64,000 nt of DNA from NCBI GenBank assembly GCA_965140585.1, contig OZ223269.1, forward strand, positions 784,544 to 848,543, in the 5' to 3' direction. The DNA is from Spirochaetia bacterium. Its GTDB lineage: Bacteria; Spirochaetota; Spirochaetia; UBA9216. Below, piece by piece: positions 18,144-28,088 of this stretch. The position numbers and the translations under genes were made by a program. The stretch's first letter is position 1; each line of letters opens with the position of its first letter. A model generated the notes under the pieces. It was not told the origin of the DNA. It searched no databases and saw only the letters and a program-made list of their open reading frames with translations.

Positions 18144-19792
18144 GTGTTAATAGCAAGGAATTAGATATGGCTGAAAATAACAACATAAATTCGGAGGTCT
18201 TTAAAGACCGAACAATGGATGTATATCCGGCTAAAGTTTTTAAAAAGAGGGCCAAACAGTTCGTCATTAAAAATGATGAACCTTCACAGCAGATTCAGGC
18301 CAACGTAAGAACCATACCCGGAATAATCACACAGCGCGGTTGCTGTTATGCAGGCTGTAAGGGCGTAGTTTTAGGTCCTACCAGAGACATCATAAACATA
18401 ACCCACGGACCTATCGGCTGCGGATTTTACTCCTGGCTTACAAGACGTAATCAGACCAGACCTGAAGACAGTCCGGGTCAGGAAAACTTTATGCCCTACT
18501 GTTTTTCTACAGACATGCAGGACGAGAATATCGTATTCGGAGGTGAAAAACTTCTGAAGCAGGCAATTAAGGAAGCCTATGATATTTTTAAACCAAAAGC
18601 GATAGCTATCTTTTCAACCTGTCCTGTAGGACTTATAGGTGATGATATTCATGCTGTTGCAAAGGAAATGAAAGAAACATTCGGCGACTGTAACGTCTTC
18701 GGTTTTTCATGTGAAGGCTACAAAGGTGTAAGCCAGTCGGCAGGTCACCATATTGCGAACAATCAGATATTCAAGCATGTGGTCGGAACAAAGGAAGAAG
18801 GCAAGCAGGGTAAATACAAAATCAACCTTCTTGGAGAATACAACATCGGTGGTGATGCTTTTGTTATTGAAAACCTGCTTGAAAAATGCGGAATTACACT
18901 TGTTTCAACTTACAGCGGTAATTCTTCAATAGATCATTTTGCTTCATCACATACTGCCGACTTGAACACAATTATGTGTCACAGGTCTATCAACTACGTG
19001 GCCGAGATGATGGAGAAAAAATACGGTATTCCCTGGATTAAGGTGAATTTTATCGGTGCAGAGGCCACCGCAAAATCACTTAGAAAGATTGCCGGATACT
19101 TCGAAGACACTGAACTTATGGAAAAGGTTGAAGAAGTAATTGCTGAAGAAATTGCCGGCGTCGAGGCTGTAATTGATGAAATCAGACCAAGAACTGAAGG
19201 GAAATCAACAATGCTTTTTGTCGGCGGTTCAAGAGCACATCATTACCAGGAGCTTTTCAGAGAGCTTGGAATGAAGGTTCTTGCTGCAGGCTATGAGTTC
19301 GGACACCGTGATGACTATGAAGGTCGCCATGTGCTGCCTACCATCAAAGTCGATGCAGACAGCCGGAACATTGAAGAGCTTGCAGTAGAACCGGATCCGG
19401 AGAAATACAGCCCGAGAAAAACAGAGGAAGAAAAGGCCGCCCTTGAGGCAAAAGGTGTAACTTTCAGTGATTACGAAGGACTGTGGCCTGAGATGGAAAA
19501 CGGAACTTATGTGATTGATGATATCAGTCATTATGAAATGGAAAAGCTGGTTGAAGAGTATCATCCTGATATCTTCTGTGCTGGTATTAAAGAGAAATAT
19601 GCTGTGCAGAAAATGGGTATTCCTCTGAAACAGCTTCATAGTTATGACTACGGCGGACCTTATGCAGGTTTTGTAGGTGCTATTAACTGGTACAGAGAAA
19701 TAGACAGAATGACCAGCAGCAAGATTTTCAGTTTAATCGGCGCGCCATGGGAAAAAAATAAATCGCTGTACGGCAGCTTTATAAAGAAATAG
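18140..19792 (+). CDS. nifD: Nitrogenase MoFe protein alpha chain, anaerobe type with a ~50 aa insertion
   Basis: 550 aa; HGPIGCGFYSW, FeMoco Cys/His ligand context (SECPVGLIGDD as STCPVGLIGDD; ...HSYDYGGPY); acidic insertion VLPTIKVDADSRNIEELAVEPDPEKYSPRKTEEEKAALEAKGVTFSDYEGLW. Confidence 0.95.
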   Translation: MSVNSKELDMAENNNINSEVFKDRTMDVYPAKVFKKRAKQFVIKNDEPSQQIQANVRTIPGIITQRGCCYAGCKGVVLGPTRDIINITHGPIGCGFYSWLTRRNQTRPEDSPGQENFMPYCFSTDMQDENIVFGGEKLLKQAIKEAYDIFKPKAIAIFSTCPVGLIGDDIHAVAKEMKETFGDCNVFGFSCEGYKGVSQSAGHHIANNQIFKHVVGTKEEGKQGKYKINLLGEYNIGGDAFVIENLLEKCGITLVSTYSGNSSIDHFASSHTADLNTIMCHRSINYVAEMMEKKYGIPWIKVNFIGAEATAKSLRKIAGYFEDTELMEKVEEVIAEEIAGVEAVIDEIRPRTEGKSTMLFVGGSRAHHYQELFRELGMKVLAAGYEFGHRDDYEGRHVLPTIKVDADSRNIEELAVEPDPEKYSPRKTEEEKAALEAKGVTFSDYEGLWPEMENGTYVIDDISHYEMEKLVEEYHPDIFCAGIKEKYAVQKMGIPLKQLHSYDYGGPYAGFVGAINWYREIDRMTSSKIFSLIGAPWEKNKSLYGSFIKK

Positions 19793-19801
19793 GAGAGGGT
19801 C

Positions 19802-21187
19802 ATGTTACTTAGACATACAACCGCAGAAGTAGCGGAAAGAAAAGCGTTAACAGTTAATCCGGCAAAAACTTGTCAGCCAGTTGGAGCAATGTATGCTGCG
19901 CTTGGTATTCACGGATGTCTGCCGCATAGCCATGGCTCCCAGGGATGCTGTGCATATCACCGTTCGGCATTAACCAGACATTATAAAGAGCCTGTTATGG
20001 CAGGCACCAGTTCCTTTACAGAAGGTGCTTCTGTATTCGGCGGCCAGGCAAACCTTATCACAGCACTTAATACAATGTTCAGTGTATACAATCCTGACAT
20101 GATAGCCGTTCATACGACCTGTCTGTCGGAAACCATCGGTGATGATGTCAGTCAGATTGCTACAAAGGCAAAGGAAGACGGTAAAATTCCTGAGGGGAAA
20201 AAAGTAATTCAGTGCAGCACCCCTTCTTATGTAGGTTCTCATGTAACCGGATTTTCATCCATGACAGCAGCATTTGCAAAGGCTTTCTGTGTTGATGCTG
20301 AGGAAAAAACCAACCAGGTAAACATTGTTCCGGGCTGGGTTGAACCTTCGGATATGCGTGAAATCAAAAGAATAACGAGAGAGATGCGGGTTGCCAATGT
20401 AATGTTCCCTGATACTTCAAATGTACTTGATACGCCCATGACCGGTGTACACGATATGTTTCCAAAGGGCGGTACAAAAGTTGAAGAACTTGAGACTATC
20501 GGAAAGAGCCATTACAGTTTTGCTCTCGGCAGTTTTGCAAGCGAAGCCGCTGTAAATGAAATAAAGAAGATAGCAAAAGTTCCTTATGAAGTGATGGATC
20601 TTCCAATAGGAATAAGAGCAACCGACAGGTTTCTTATGAAGATGGCCGAAGTTACAGGTCACCCTGTACCAGATTCCATTACAGATGAGCGTGGTCGTGT
20701 TGTTGATGTACTTTCAGATATGCAGCAGTACCTCTACGGTAAAAAAGTCGGTATCTACGGTGATCCCGATCAGCTTATTCCTCTTACCGAGTTTTTAATC
20801 GATATGGGTATGAAACCTGTACACATTGTATCAGGAACTCCGGGTAAGAAATTCATGAAGAAGATAAATGAAGTTTTTGAAGCTGGAGATTTTTCAACTG
20901 AGAACGTTAAAAACGGCCCCAGGGCCGATATGTTTCTTCTTCACCAGTGGATTAAAAATGAACCAATCGATCTTCTGATCGGTAATTCATACGGCAAATA
21001 TATTGCCAGGGATGAAGATATTCCTTTCATGAGGATGGGATTCCCTATTTATGACAGAATCGGTCACCAGTATTCACCGACTGTCGGATACACAGGCGCA
21101 ATGCGCATTGTAGAAAAGATCCTTAACCTAATGATGGACAGACAGGACAGAGATGCTCCTGAGGAAAGATTTGAGCTAGTAATGTAA
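19802..21187 (+). CDS. nifK: Nitrogenase MoFe protein beta chain
   Basis: 461 aa; CQPVGAMYAALGIHGCLPHSHGSQGCCAY P-cluster region. Confidence 0.95.
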   Translation: MLLRHTTAEVAERKALTVNPAKTCQPVGAMYAALGIHGCLPHSHGSQGCCAYHRSALTRHYKEPVMAGTSSFTEGASVFGGQANLITALNTMFSVYNPDMIAVHTTCLSETIGDDVSQIATKAKEDGKIPEGKKVIQCSTPSYVGSHVTGFSSMTAAFAKAFCVDAEEKTNQVNIVPGWVEPSDMREIKRITREMRVANVMFPDTSNVLDTPMTGVHDMFPKGGTKVEELETIGKSHYSFALGSFASEAAVNEIKKIAKVPYEVMDLPIGIRATDRFLMKMAEVTGHPVPDSITDERGRVVDVLSDMQQYLYGKKVGIYGDPDQLIPLTEFLIDMGMKPVHIVSGTPGKKFMKKINEVFEAGDFSTENVKNGPRADMFLLHQWIKNEPIDLLIGNSYGKYIARDEDIPFMRMGFPIYDRIGHQYSPTVGYTGAMRIVEKILNLMMDRQDRDAPEERFELVM

Positions 21188-21228
21188 GCGTATTGCTAGA
21201 GCAATAGCTTAAGCTAAAGAGGACAACT

Positions 21229-22608
21229 ATGGCAGACAGCCTAATCAAAGAAAGAAGACAGCAGGTCTTCAGAAAAGGAACAGACAATTTTGTAATAACA
21301 GGCGAGAAGGTATCAGCTGCAGGTTCAGTAAGTCAGAGAGCCTGTGTATTCTGCGGGTCGAGGGTGGTTCTTTATCCGATAGCCGATGCACTTCATCTTG
21401 TACACGGTCCAATCGGCTGTGCGGCTTATACCTGGGATATAAGGGGTGCCCTGAGTTCAGGTCCTGAGCTTCACCGGAAAAGTTTTTCAACCGATTTGAG
21501 AGAAGATGATGTCATCTTCGGAGGAGAGAAGAAACTCTCAGCCGCAATGGAATCTCTGATTCCAGAATACAAACCTTCTGCTGTTTTTGTCTACAGCACA
21601 TGTATCGTCGGTATCATCAGTGATGATGTAGAGGCTGTCTGCCGGAAAACCTCAGAGAAATTTAATATTCCTGTTATACCCGTTCATTCGGAGGGGTTTA
21701 AAGGAACAAAGAAAGACGGATACAAGGCGGCATGTAATGCTTTAAGCAGACTGATACACCTTAAGTCCGATGTTGATAAGGTCCCTGTAAAAAGGGAACC
21801 TGTCATAAACATACTGGGCGAGTTTAATCTTGCCGGTGAAGCATGGATGATACAGAGCTACTACGACGCAATCGGTGTCAAGGTATGCGCGGTTCTTACT
21901 GGCGACGGAAGGGTCGAAAGGATACAGAACTCCTACCGATCCGCATTAAATGTAGTTCAGTGCTCCGGTTCACTTAAGTTCCTGGCTGAGGACATGGAGA
22001 AAGATTACGGTATACCTTTTAAACAGGTATCCTATTTTGGTATCGAAGATACAGCAGAAGCCCTGTATACAGTAGCTGAGTTTTTCAGCGAAGTACCGGG
22101 AATTCTGGAAAAGACCAGAGAATTTGTACATGGTCAGCTGAAAGAAACTTATCCGAAGCTGATGAAATATAAAGCCGGACTTTCCGGTAAAAAAGCCGCA
22201 GTTTATGTAGGCGGCGCGTTCAAGGCAATCAGCCTTCTGAAGTCACTTAAGTATCTGGGAGTAAAAGTAGTCCTTATGGGCTCGCAGACAGGTACCACCG
22301 AGGATTATGAGGAAATGAAAGAGCTCGCAGATCCCGGAACAATTATCGTAGATGATTCAAATCCATCTGAACTCGCTCAATTTATTGAAGAACTTGGAGT
22401 AGATCTGTTTATAGGCGGGGTAAAGGAAAGACCTATGGCTTTCAAACTGGGAGTAGGTTTCTGTGATCATAATCATGAACGCAAGATAGCTCTTACCGGT
22501 TTTGAAGGAATGCTCAATTTTGCAGAAGAGGTCTACAGCACATTAAACACTCCGGTATGGGATGTTATGAAAGAAGCAAGGAGGAATAATCCATGGACCA
22601 CACAGTAA
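21229..22608 (+). CDS. nifE: FeMo-cofactor biosynthesis scaffold NifE
   Basis: 459 aa NifD paralog; CVFCGSRVVL...HGPIGCAAYTWDIRG. Confidence 0.9.
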   Translation: MADSLIKERRQQVFRKGTDNFVITGEKVSAAGSVSQRACVFCGSRVVLYPIADALHLVHGPIGCAAYTWDIRGALSSGPELHRKSFSTDLREDDVIFGGEKKLSAAMESLIPEYKPSAVFVYSTCIVGIISDDVEAVCRKTSEKFNIPVIPVHSEGFKGTKKDGYKAACNALSRLIHLKSDVDKVPVKREPVINILGEFNLAGEAWMIQSYYDAIGVKVCAVLTGDGRVERIQNSYRSALNVVQCSGSLKFLAEDMEKDYGIPFKQVSYFGIEDTAEALYTVAEFFSEVPGILEKTREFVHGQLKETYPKLMKYKAGLSGKKAAVYVGGAFKAISLLKSLKYLGVKVVLMGSQTGTTEDYEEMKELADPGTIIVDDSNPSELAQFIEELGVDLFIGGVKERPMAFKLGVGFCDHNHERKIALTGFEGMLNFAEEVYSTLNTPVWDVMKEARRNNPWTTQ

Positions 22609-23948
22609 ATCCATGTAAAACATGTTCACCGTTGGGAGCCTCCCTTGCAATGAAAGGGGTAAAAAACAGCATGTGCATTCTTCACGGTTCACAGGGCTGT
22701 TCAACATATATAAGACGGTTTTTAATCGGACATTTCAGGGAACCGATTGATATTGCTTCTTCATCATTTGATGAAAACACAGCTGTATTCGGCGGTAAGG
22801 ATAACCTTCTCAAAGGTCTGGAAAATATGATTCAGAAGTATAATCCGGAGGTTATAGGAATTGCAACATCATGCCTTGCCGAGACTATCGGCGAAGATGT
22901 CGGAATGTATATGAAGGAAATGCCAGAAAAAGACAAGCGTGTATACATTCATGCTGAGACTGCTTCCTATAGAGGAACACATGTTGATGGTTTTATGAAG
23001 ATGGTTTCTTCAATAGCCGGTCTGGCTCAATCACCTGAGCTGAAACATCAGAGTGACAAGTTCAAGCTGAATATAATTCCATGGATGTTAAGCCCTGGAG
23101 ATCTCAGACATCTTAAGTACATGCTTAAGAGTATGAATATTGAAGCTGTCATGCTGCCTGATTACAGTGAAACGCTTGACGGAGGTTCCTGGGAAAAGCA
23201 CAATCCGATTCCTCCAGGCGGAACCTCACTCGATGATATCAGAGCTATGGGATGTGCCGATTACACAATACAGTTTGGCTTGCATTCAACCAGGCTGGCA
23301 AATCCGGCCGGAATAATAAAGGTTAAAACAGATGTAAACTATTCTGTTCTTCCGCTTCCAATAGGAATACGAAATACAGATCTATTTATAAATGAGATTA
23401 AAAAAGCAGCAGAAGCATGCGGCAAAAAAATTGAACTGCCTGAAGAAATGAAGAATAACAGGGCAAGACTGCTTGATGCTTATTCAGATTCACACCGTTA
23501 TTTTTCCAACTGCAATGCGGCAGTATACGGTGAATTTGATTTCGTTTCCGGTATGGCCTCTTTTTTAAATGAAATAGGGATTATTCCGTCATTATGCATG
23601 ACCGGAGAAAAAATATCAGAAGCTGATGAACAGGAATTCATTACGTTACAGACGAAGAATGGCAATCCTGAATGCAGAATTATGGTCGATGAAGATTTTT
23701 CCGGGCTGGATAAGGCTGCTGAAGAAGGAAAAATCGATCTGCTTATTGGTAATTCAAAAGGATACAAAACCGCTAGAGCACTGGGTATTCCTATGATAAG
23801 GGCCGGATTTCCCATTACTGACAGATTCGGAGGTCAGCGTAAGGTACATGTCGGATATGAAGGAGCTTTACGGCTTCTTGATGAAACAGCAAACACTATT
23901 TTAGCCAAAAGACAGGAACTTTCTCCGGTCGGCTATATGAGCATGTAG
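22593..23948 (+). CDS. nifN: FeMo-cofactor biosynthesis protein NifN
   Basis: 451 aa NifK paralog; overlaps nifE by 16 nt. Confidence 0.85.
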   Translation: MDHTVNPCKTCSPLGASLAMKGVKNSMCILHGSQGCSTYIRRFLIGHFREPIDIASSSFDENTAVFGGKDNLLKGLENMIQKYNPEVIGIATSCLAETIGEDVGMYMKEMPEKDKRVYIHAETASYRGTHVDGFMKMVSSIAGLAQSPELKHQSDKFKLNIIPWMLSPGDLRHLKYMLKSMNIEAVMLPDYSETLDGGSWEKHNPIPPGGTSLDDIRAMGCADYTIQFGLHSTRLANPAGIIKVKTDVNYSVLPLPIGIRNTDLFINEIKKAAEACGKKIELPEEMKNNRARLLDAYSDSHRYFSNCNAAVYGEFDFVSGMASFLNEIGIIPSLCMTGEKISEADEQEFITLQTKNGNPECRIMVDEDFSGLDKAAEEGKIDLLIGNSKGYKTARALGIPMIRAGFPITDRFGGQRKVHVGYEGALRLLDETANTILAKRQELSPVGYMSM

Positions 23949-23958
23949 GAGTGCAATT

Positions 23959-25227
23959 ATGAATGAAACAAAAACTGCTTTAATACACCCGTGTTTTGAT
24001 GAAAAAGCATCACATACAACTGCCAGGGTACATCTTCCTGTTGCTCCGAAATGTAATATTCAGTGTAAGTACTGTTCAAGAAAATTTGATTGTATAAACG
24101 AAGGAAGACCCGGTGTTTCATCATCAGTTCTTAACCCTGCACAGGCTGAAATTTATCTTGCAGAACTGATAAAAAGGATACCATTGGGTGTCGTTGGCAT
24201 TGCAGGCCCCGGTGACGCCTTTGCCCAGCCTGAAGTTACAATTGAGACTATAGAAAGATGCAGAAATGTTAAAAGTGATATGCTCTTCTGTATTTCAACA
24301 AATGGACTGGGAGCCCCGGAATACCTTGAACAGATACAGAAGGCAGGCGTATCACATCTGACTGTTACAATGAATACCCTTGATGCGGAGATTGGTACAG
24401 GTATTTATCACTGGGCCAGATATAAAAAACGTAATTATCGCGGTCTTGAAGCTGCAGAGATTTTAATTGAAAGGCAGCTTGAGACTATAATTAAAGCAAA
24501 AGAACTGGGTCTCAGTGTAAAAGTAAATACTATTTTAATTCCCGGTATAAATGAAAACCAGATAATTCCTGTAGCAGAGAAGGCTGCTGAAATAGGATGC
24601 GATATGATGAATATCATACCTCTTATACCTGTAGAGGATACAGTCTTTGCTGATATTAAGGAACCGGACTGTAAAACCGTAGAAGGGTTCCGTGCAGAGG
24701 CCGCCTGGTATATCAGCCAGTCAAGGCATTGCAAAAGATGCCGGGCTGATGCAGTCGGACTTCTGGGGGAGCAGCAGAAGGATGAGATTACAGACCTTTT
24801 GAAGGCTGCGTCTGAAATTGAACCTGAACCTGTGTACGGACGTGACAAGGTCGCTTTTGTTTCAAGAGAAGGTTTTCTGGTCAACAGCCATCTCGGTGAA
24901 GCTGATTACCTCTACATAATTGAGAATTTTGACGGTGTGTTAAAAGTCACCGATAAACGGAAAGCACCTTTACCGGGAGGCGGAGACAGCCGCTGGCTTA
25001 AAATTGCAGCAGCACTTAAAGACTGTTCACATCTACTTGTAGGAGGCGCAGGTGATAAACCTGTGAGCATACTTACTGAATCTGGTTTGAACGTGGCTAT
25101 AATTGAAGGTGTTGCTGAAGAAGCTGCAATGAAAATTTTTAATGGTGAAAGTATTGCATATCTAAAAAAGCGGCACGTATGCGGAGCAGGTAAAAACTGT
25201 ATCGGTTCAGGAAACGGATGCGGTTGA
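23959..25227 (+). CDS. nifB: FeMo-cofactor biosynthesis radical SAM protein NifB, with a C-terminal NifX/NafY-like domain
   Basis: 422 aa; CNIQCKYC radical SAM motif; C-terminal ~100 aa dinitrogenase cofactor-binding fold. Confidence 0.9.
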   Translation: MNETKTALIHPCFDEKASHTTARVHLPVAPKCNIQCKYCSRKFDCINEGRPGVSSSVLNPAQAEIYLAELIKRIPLGVVGIAGPGDAFAQPEVTIETIERCRNVKSDMLFCISTNGLGAPEYLEQIQKAGVSHLTVTMNTLDAEIGTGIYHWARYKKRNYRGLEAAEILIERQLETIIKAKELGLSVKVNTILIPGINENQIIPVAEKAAEIGCDMMNIIPLIPVEDTVFADIKEPDCKTVEGFRAEAAWYISQSRHCKRCRADAVGLLGEQQKDEITDLLKAASEIEPEPVYGRDKVAFVSREGFLVNSHLGEADYLYIIENFDGVLKVTDKRKAPLPGGGDSRWLKIAAALKDCSHLLVGGAGDKPVSILTESGLNVAIIEGVAEEAAMKIFNGESIAYLKKRHVCGAGKNCIGSGNGCG

Positions 25228-25264
25228 ATATATAAAATGCCTAAAAATTTTAAAGGAGAAGATA

Positions 25265-25573
25265 GTGGAAAAGCCTTATAAACAAATTTTAGTATGCGGA
25301 AGTTTCCGGGCTTCCGGAGAACCCCAGGGTGTATGCCATAAAAAAGGTGCCATGGGATTGATACCATACATAACAGAAGAGCTTCAGGACAGGGGCCTTG
25401 ATACTATTTCAGTAGCAATGACCTCATGCCTGAATATGTGCGACCGAGGTCCCATTCTTGTAGTTTTTCCTGATAATACATGGTACGGCGGTGTAGATTC
25501 TGAAGATGCCGTTGACCAAATTCTCGATGCAATTGAAGAAGATGGTGTCGCAGAGGAATTGTTATTAACCTGA
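25265..25573 (+). CDS. Thioredoxin-like [2Fe-2S] ferredoxin
   Basis: 102 aa; four Cys in the pattern C-x12-C...C-x3-C (CGSFRASGEPQGVC...CLNMCDRGP); terminal gene of the nif operon. Confidence 0.7.
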   Translation: MEKPYKQILVCGSFRASGEPQGVCHKKGAMGLIPYITEELQDRGLDTISVAMTSCLNMCDRGPILVVFPDNTWYGGVDSEDAVDQILDAIEEDGVAEELLLT

Positions 25574-25593
25574 AAAGAAATTATACTTCATAA

Positions 25594-26817
25594 ATGAAAT
25601 TTAATCTTAAAAATTATTATTCAAGCAGCAGGATAAAGAGTTTTCTTATATCCATGCTGCTTTTTGGTATTGTAATAGGTTTATATAACGGGGCCTTCAA
25701 TAATTATCTCTATGAAGTGCTTAGCCTTACAAAGGCTGAACGAGGCTGGCTTGAGCTTCCAAGAGAACTGCCCGGTTTATTTCTTGTTGCAGTTCTTGCA
25801 GTGCTCTACCGTTTTTCAGAGATTAAGCTGATTCGTGCCGCATTCTTTTTAACCGGTGCTGCTCTTCTTATTTTATTTCTTTTTGGTAATAACAGAATTG
25901 TTGCTGTAATCCTGATGATGGTTTACAGTACCGGAGAACATATTATGATGCCTGTCAGGCAGTCCGTAGGCCTGCATTTTGCCAGGGAGGGTAAAGACGG
26001 TGTTGCAATGGGCATACTCAGGGGGTTCGGAAATGCCGGTCAGGCTGTCGGATACTATCTCGGACCGCTTATAATGCTTGCAGTTGTATTTTTTACAAAA
26101 TCAGATGATCCATTTACTAAATATCGAACTGTTTTTCTTGTAGCTTTTCTTATTCTTGCTGTTGGATTGGTATTATCTTTCAGGCTTAAAAAATCAGAAA
26201 GCAAGGTAAACCGAAAAAAAATATACATAAGAAAAAAGTATACAAAATATTATCTGCTGGAAGTTTTTTTCGGGGCAAGAAAGCAGGTTTTTCTTACATT
26301 TGCACCATATGTATTGATTACAGTGTATGGAGCCGGTGCTGAACTAATTTCAGTATTATACGGACTATGGTCAATAATAAATATATTTATCGGGCCGGTT
26401 ATCGGCAGACTTATAGACAGAGTCGGGTATAAAAAGGTTTTAATTGCCGATTCAATAGTACTTATTTTTGTATGTCTGATCTACGGTTTTGCACATAGAC
26501 TCCTGCCGTTTAATACTGCCTATGTAGTAATCTGTATAGTGTTTGTTCTCGACGCAGTAATGTTTGCTTTCGGGATGGCCAGAGATATGTATGCGCGCAG
26601 TCTGTCAGAGACAAAGGATGAAGTTACCTCCACCCTGGCAACAGGGTTATCAGTTAACCACCTGATTGGGATATTCATTGCTATTGGCGGAGGAATATTG
26701 TGGGAGTCTCTTGGTATAGAATTCCTTTTCAGTCTCGCTGCTTTACTCGGACTATTTTCACTTTTATTCTCAGCTTTGCTGGAAAAACCTGAAAAAATGA
26801 TGAATCGGCTTGTATAG
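25594..26817 (+). CDS. MFS-type transporter (about 12 TM helices)
   Basis: 407 aa, highly hydrophobic with a two-times-six helix pattern. Confidence 0.55.
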   Translation: MKFNLKNYYSSSRIKSFLISMLLFGIVIGLYNGAFNNYLYEVLSLTKAERGWLELPRELPGLFLVAVLAVLYRFSEIKLIRAAFFLTGAALLILFLFGNNRIVAVILMMVYSTGEHIMMPVRQSVGLHFAREGKDGVAMGILRGFGNAGQAVGYYLGPLIMLAVVFFTKSDDPFTKYRTVFLVAFLILAVGLVLSFRLKKSESKVNRKKIYIRKKYTKYYLLEVFFGARKQVFLTFAPYVLITVYGAGAELISVLYGLWSIINIFIGPVIGRLIDRVGYKKVLIADSIVLIFVCLIYGFAHRLLPFNTAYVVICIVFVLDAVMFAFGMARDMYARSLSETKDEVTSTLATGLSVNHLIGIFIAIGGGILWESLGIEFLFSLAALLGLFSLLFSALLEKPEKMMNRLV

Positions 26818-26825
26818 TTCAAATA

Positions 26826-26880
26826 ACCTGATAGGCTGAAATATTTTATACAAGAAGCCTTTCAGCTGATTCAGGTTTTT
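26826..26880 (+). terminator. Long imperfect hairpin plus T-run after the MFS gene; its 3' arm overlaps the last codons of the convergent metallophosphoesterase gene
   Basis: CCTGATAGGCTGAAA...TTTCAGCTGATTCAGG followed by TTTTT. Confidence 0.35.
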
Positions 26881-27700
26881 CAGAATCAATTATTACTAGA
26901 GTCAGAAGTTCGCCTTCGGACGCTCCGTTTATGCTTACAGTTAAATCAAACTGTTCTTTCCACACACCGCTCATCCGTGTAGATTCGTGTATATGACCAT
27001 GAAGGGTAAGCTTTGGTTGAAAATCTTCTATAAAACGTCGAACCGCGATGCTTCCTAAATGCTCATCAATAGGGACATAGTCAATCATCTTGCCGTTCAG
27101 CTCTCCCAAATCAAGACTGCAGTTATATGGAGGCGTATGAAAAAGAAAAACAGTGTTATCAGCATCTAAATTCTGACTTAGCAGGCTTAAATCCTCACTG
27201 ATTGTCGTCCATTTAATATCATGTTCAGACATCTGAATTGATCGTACTCCGTCTTCAAGATCAATAGTTCCGGGATCCGAGTATCTGGAAACATCATAAC
27301 GTTCCCAATCCTTAAGAAAAAAGGGGGAGGGAGGAACAAAGTTATAACCGCAGAAGGTAAGCTCTCCTGAAATAATAGTTCTGTTATGCAGATAATTCCA
27401 TAATTCAGAATTTTCTAAAAAGGGTTCAAAAAAAGCAGGATCATCATTTCCCATTATAAGCATTACTTCCGGATATTTCTCAGCCATTTCTATTTGTAAA
27501 TCAGAAAATAGCGGCGTTAAAAACTCTGTTATGAAATTAACTTTATCCTGACTGTAGATCTTTTTTAAAGGCAGAGACGGCGGAAGAAGATCTCCTCCCA
27601 GCAGAACAAATTCCGGTTTGAACTCTTTTATTTTTTTAGCGAGCTTATGATATTTATCATAAGCACCGTGAAGATCTGAGACAAAGAAAAGTTTACTCAT
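26846..27700 (-). CDS. Calcineurin-like metallophosphoesterase
   Basis: 284 aa; DLHG, GGD, GNDD and HGHIH metal-binding motifs. Confidence 0.7.
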   Translation of the reverse strand: MSKLFFVSDLHGAYDKYHKLAKKIKEFKPEFVLLGGDLLPPSLPLKKIYSQDKVNFITEFLTPLFSDLQIEMAEKYPEVMLIMGNDDPAFFEPFLENSELWNYLHNRTIISGELTFCGYNFVPPSPFFLKDWERYDVSRYSDPGTIDLEDGVRSIQMSEHDIKWTTISEDLSLLSQNLDADNTVFLFHTPPYNCSLDLGELNGKMIDYVPIDEHLGSIAVRRFIEDFQPKLTLHGHIHESTRMSGVWKEQFDLTVSINGASEGELLTLVIIDSEKPESAERLLV

Positions 27701-28085
27701 CTATACTACCTTTCATTGGAAGCTTATGTGCGCCGTCACTGACTGCATCAATCTTGATTGCAAAACTGTCACGTTTTTCTACATCGCTGTCAGTGATATA
27801 ATGAATGTCCAGAAGACCTCCGGTTTTAATTCCGGTTCGAAGATAGTTCATATAATCCAAAGCATGACTCCAGGTATTCAAATAAAGCTTAAGTTTACTG
27901 CTTACCTGTTCGCCTGCAATATGAATAATTAGATCAATATCGCTTGCAGGGCCGCTGTCGGCATTCTTGGCACTGCCGAAAATATAAAAACCTTTAACAT
28001 TAAAGTCCTGAATTATTCCGGCAGCAATTTCTTCAGCTGCTTCGTAGCGCCATTTCCAGTGATTTTCTGACTCAAAAAAAGACAT
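27693..28085 (-). CDS. Minimal nucleotidyltransferase (Pol-beta superfamily, MNT-like)
   Basis: 130 aa; GSAKNADSGPASDIDLII matches the GS-x(9-13)-DxD NTase motif; overlaps the downstream gene by 8 nt. Confidence 0.6.
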   Translation of the reverse strand: MSFFESENHWKWRYEAAEEIAAGIIQDFNVKGFYIFGSAKNADSGPASDIDLIIHIAGEQVSSKLKLYLNTWSHALDYMNYLRTGIKTGGLLDIHYITDSDVEKRDSFAIKIDAVSDGAHKLPMKGSIDE

Positions 28086-28088
28086 GAA

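Noticed and set aside
19229-25367. Several 60-150 aa minus-strand ORFs inside nifD, nifK, nifN and nifB (for example 19229-19639, 19970-20662, 23498-23815, 24435-25367)
   Set aside because: They are fully nested antisense within strongly conserved nif genes, with no Shine-Dalgarno sequence and no motifs; spurious.
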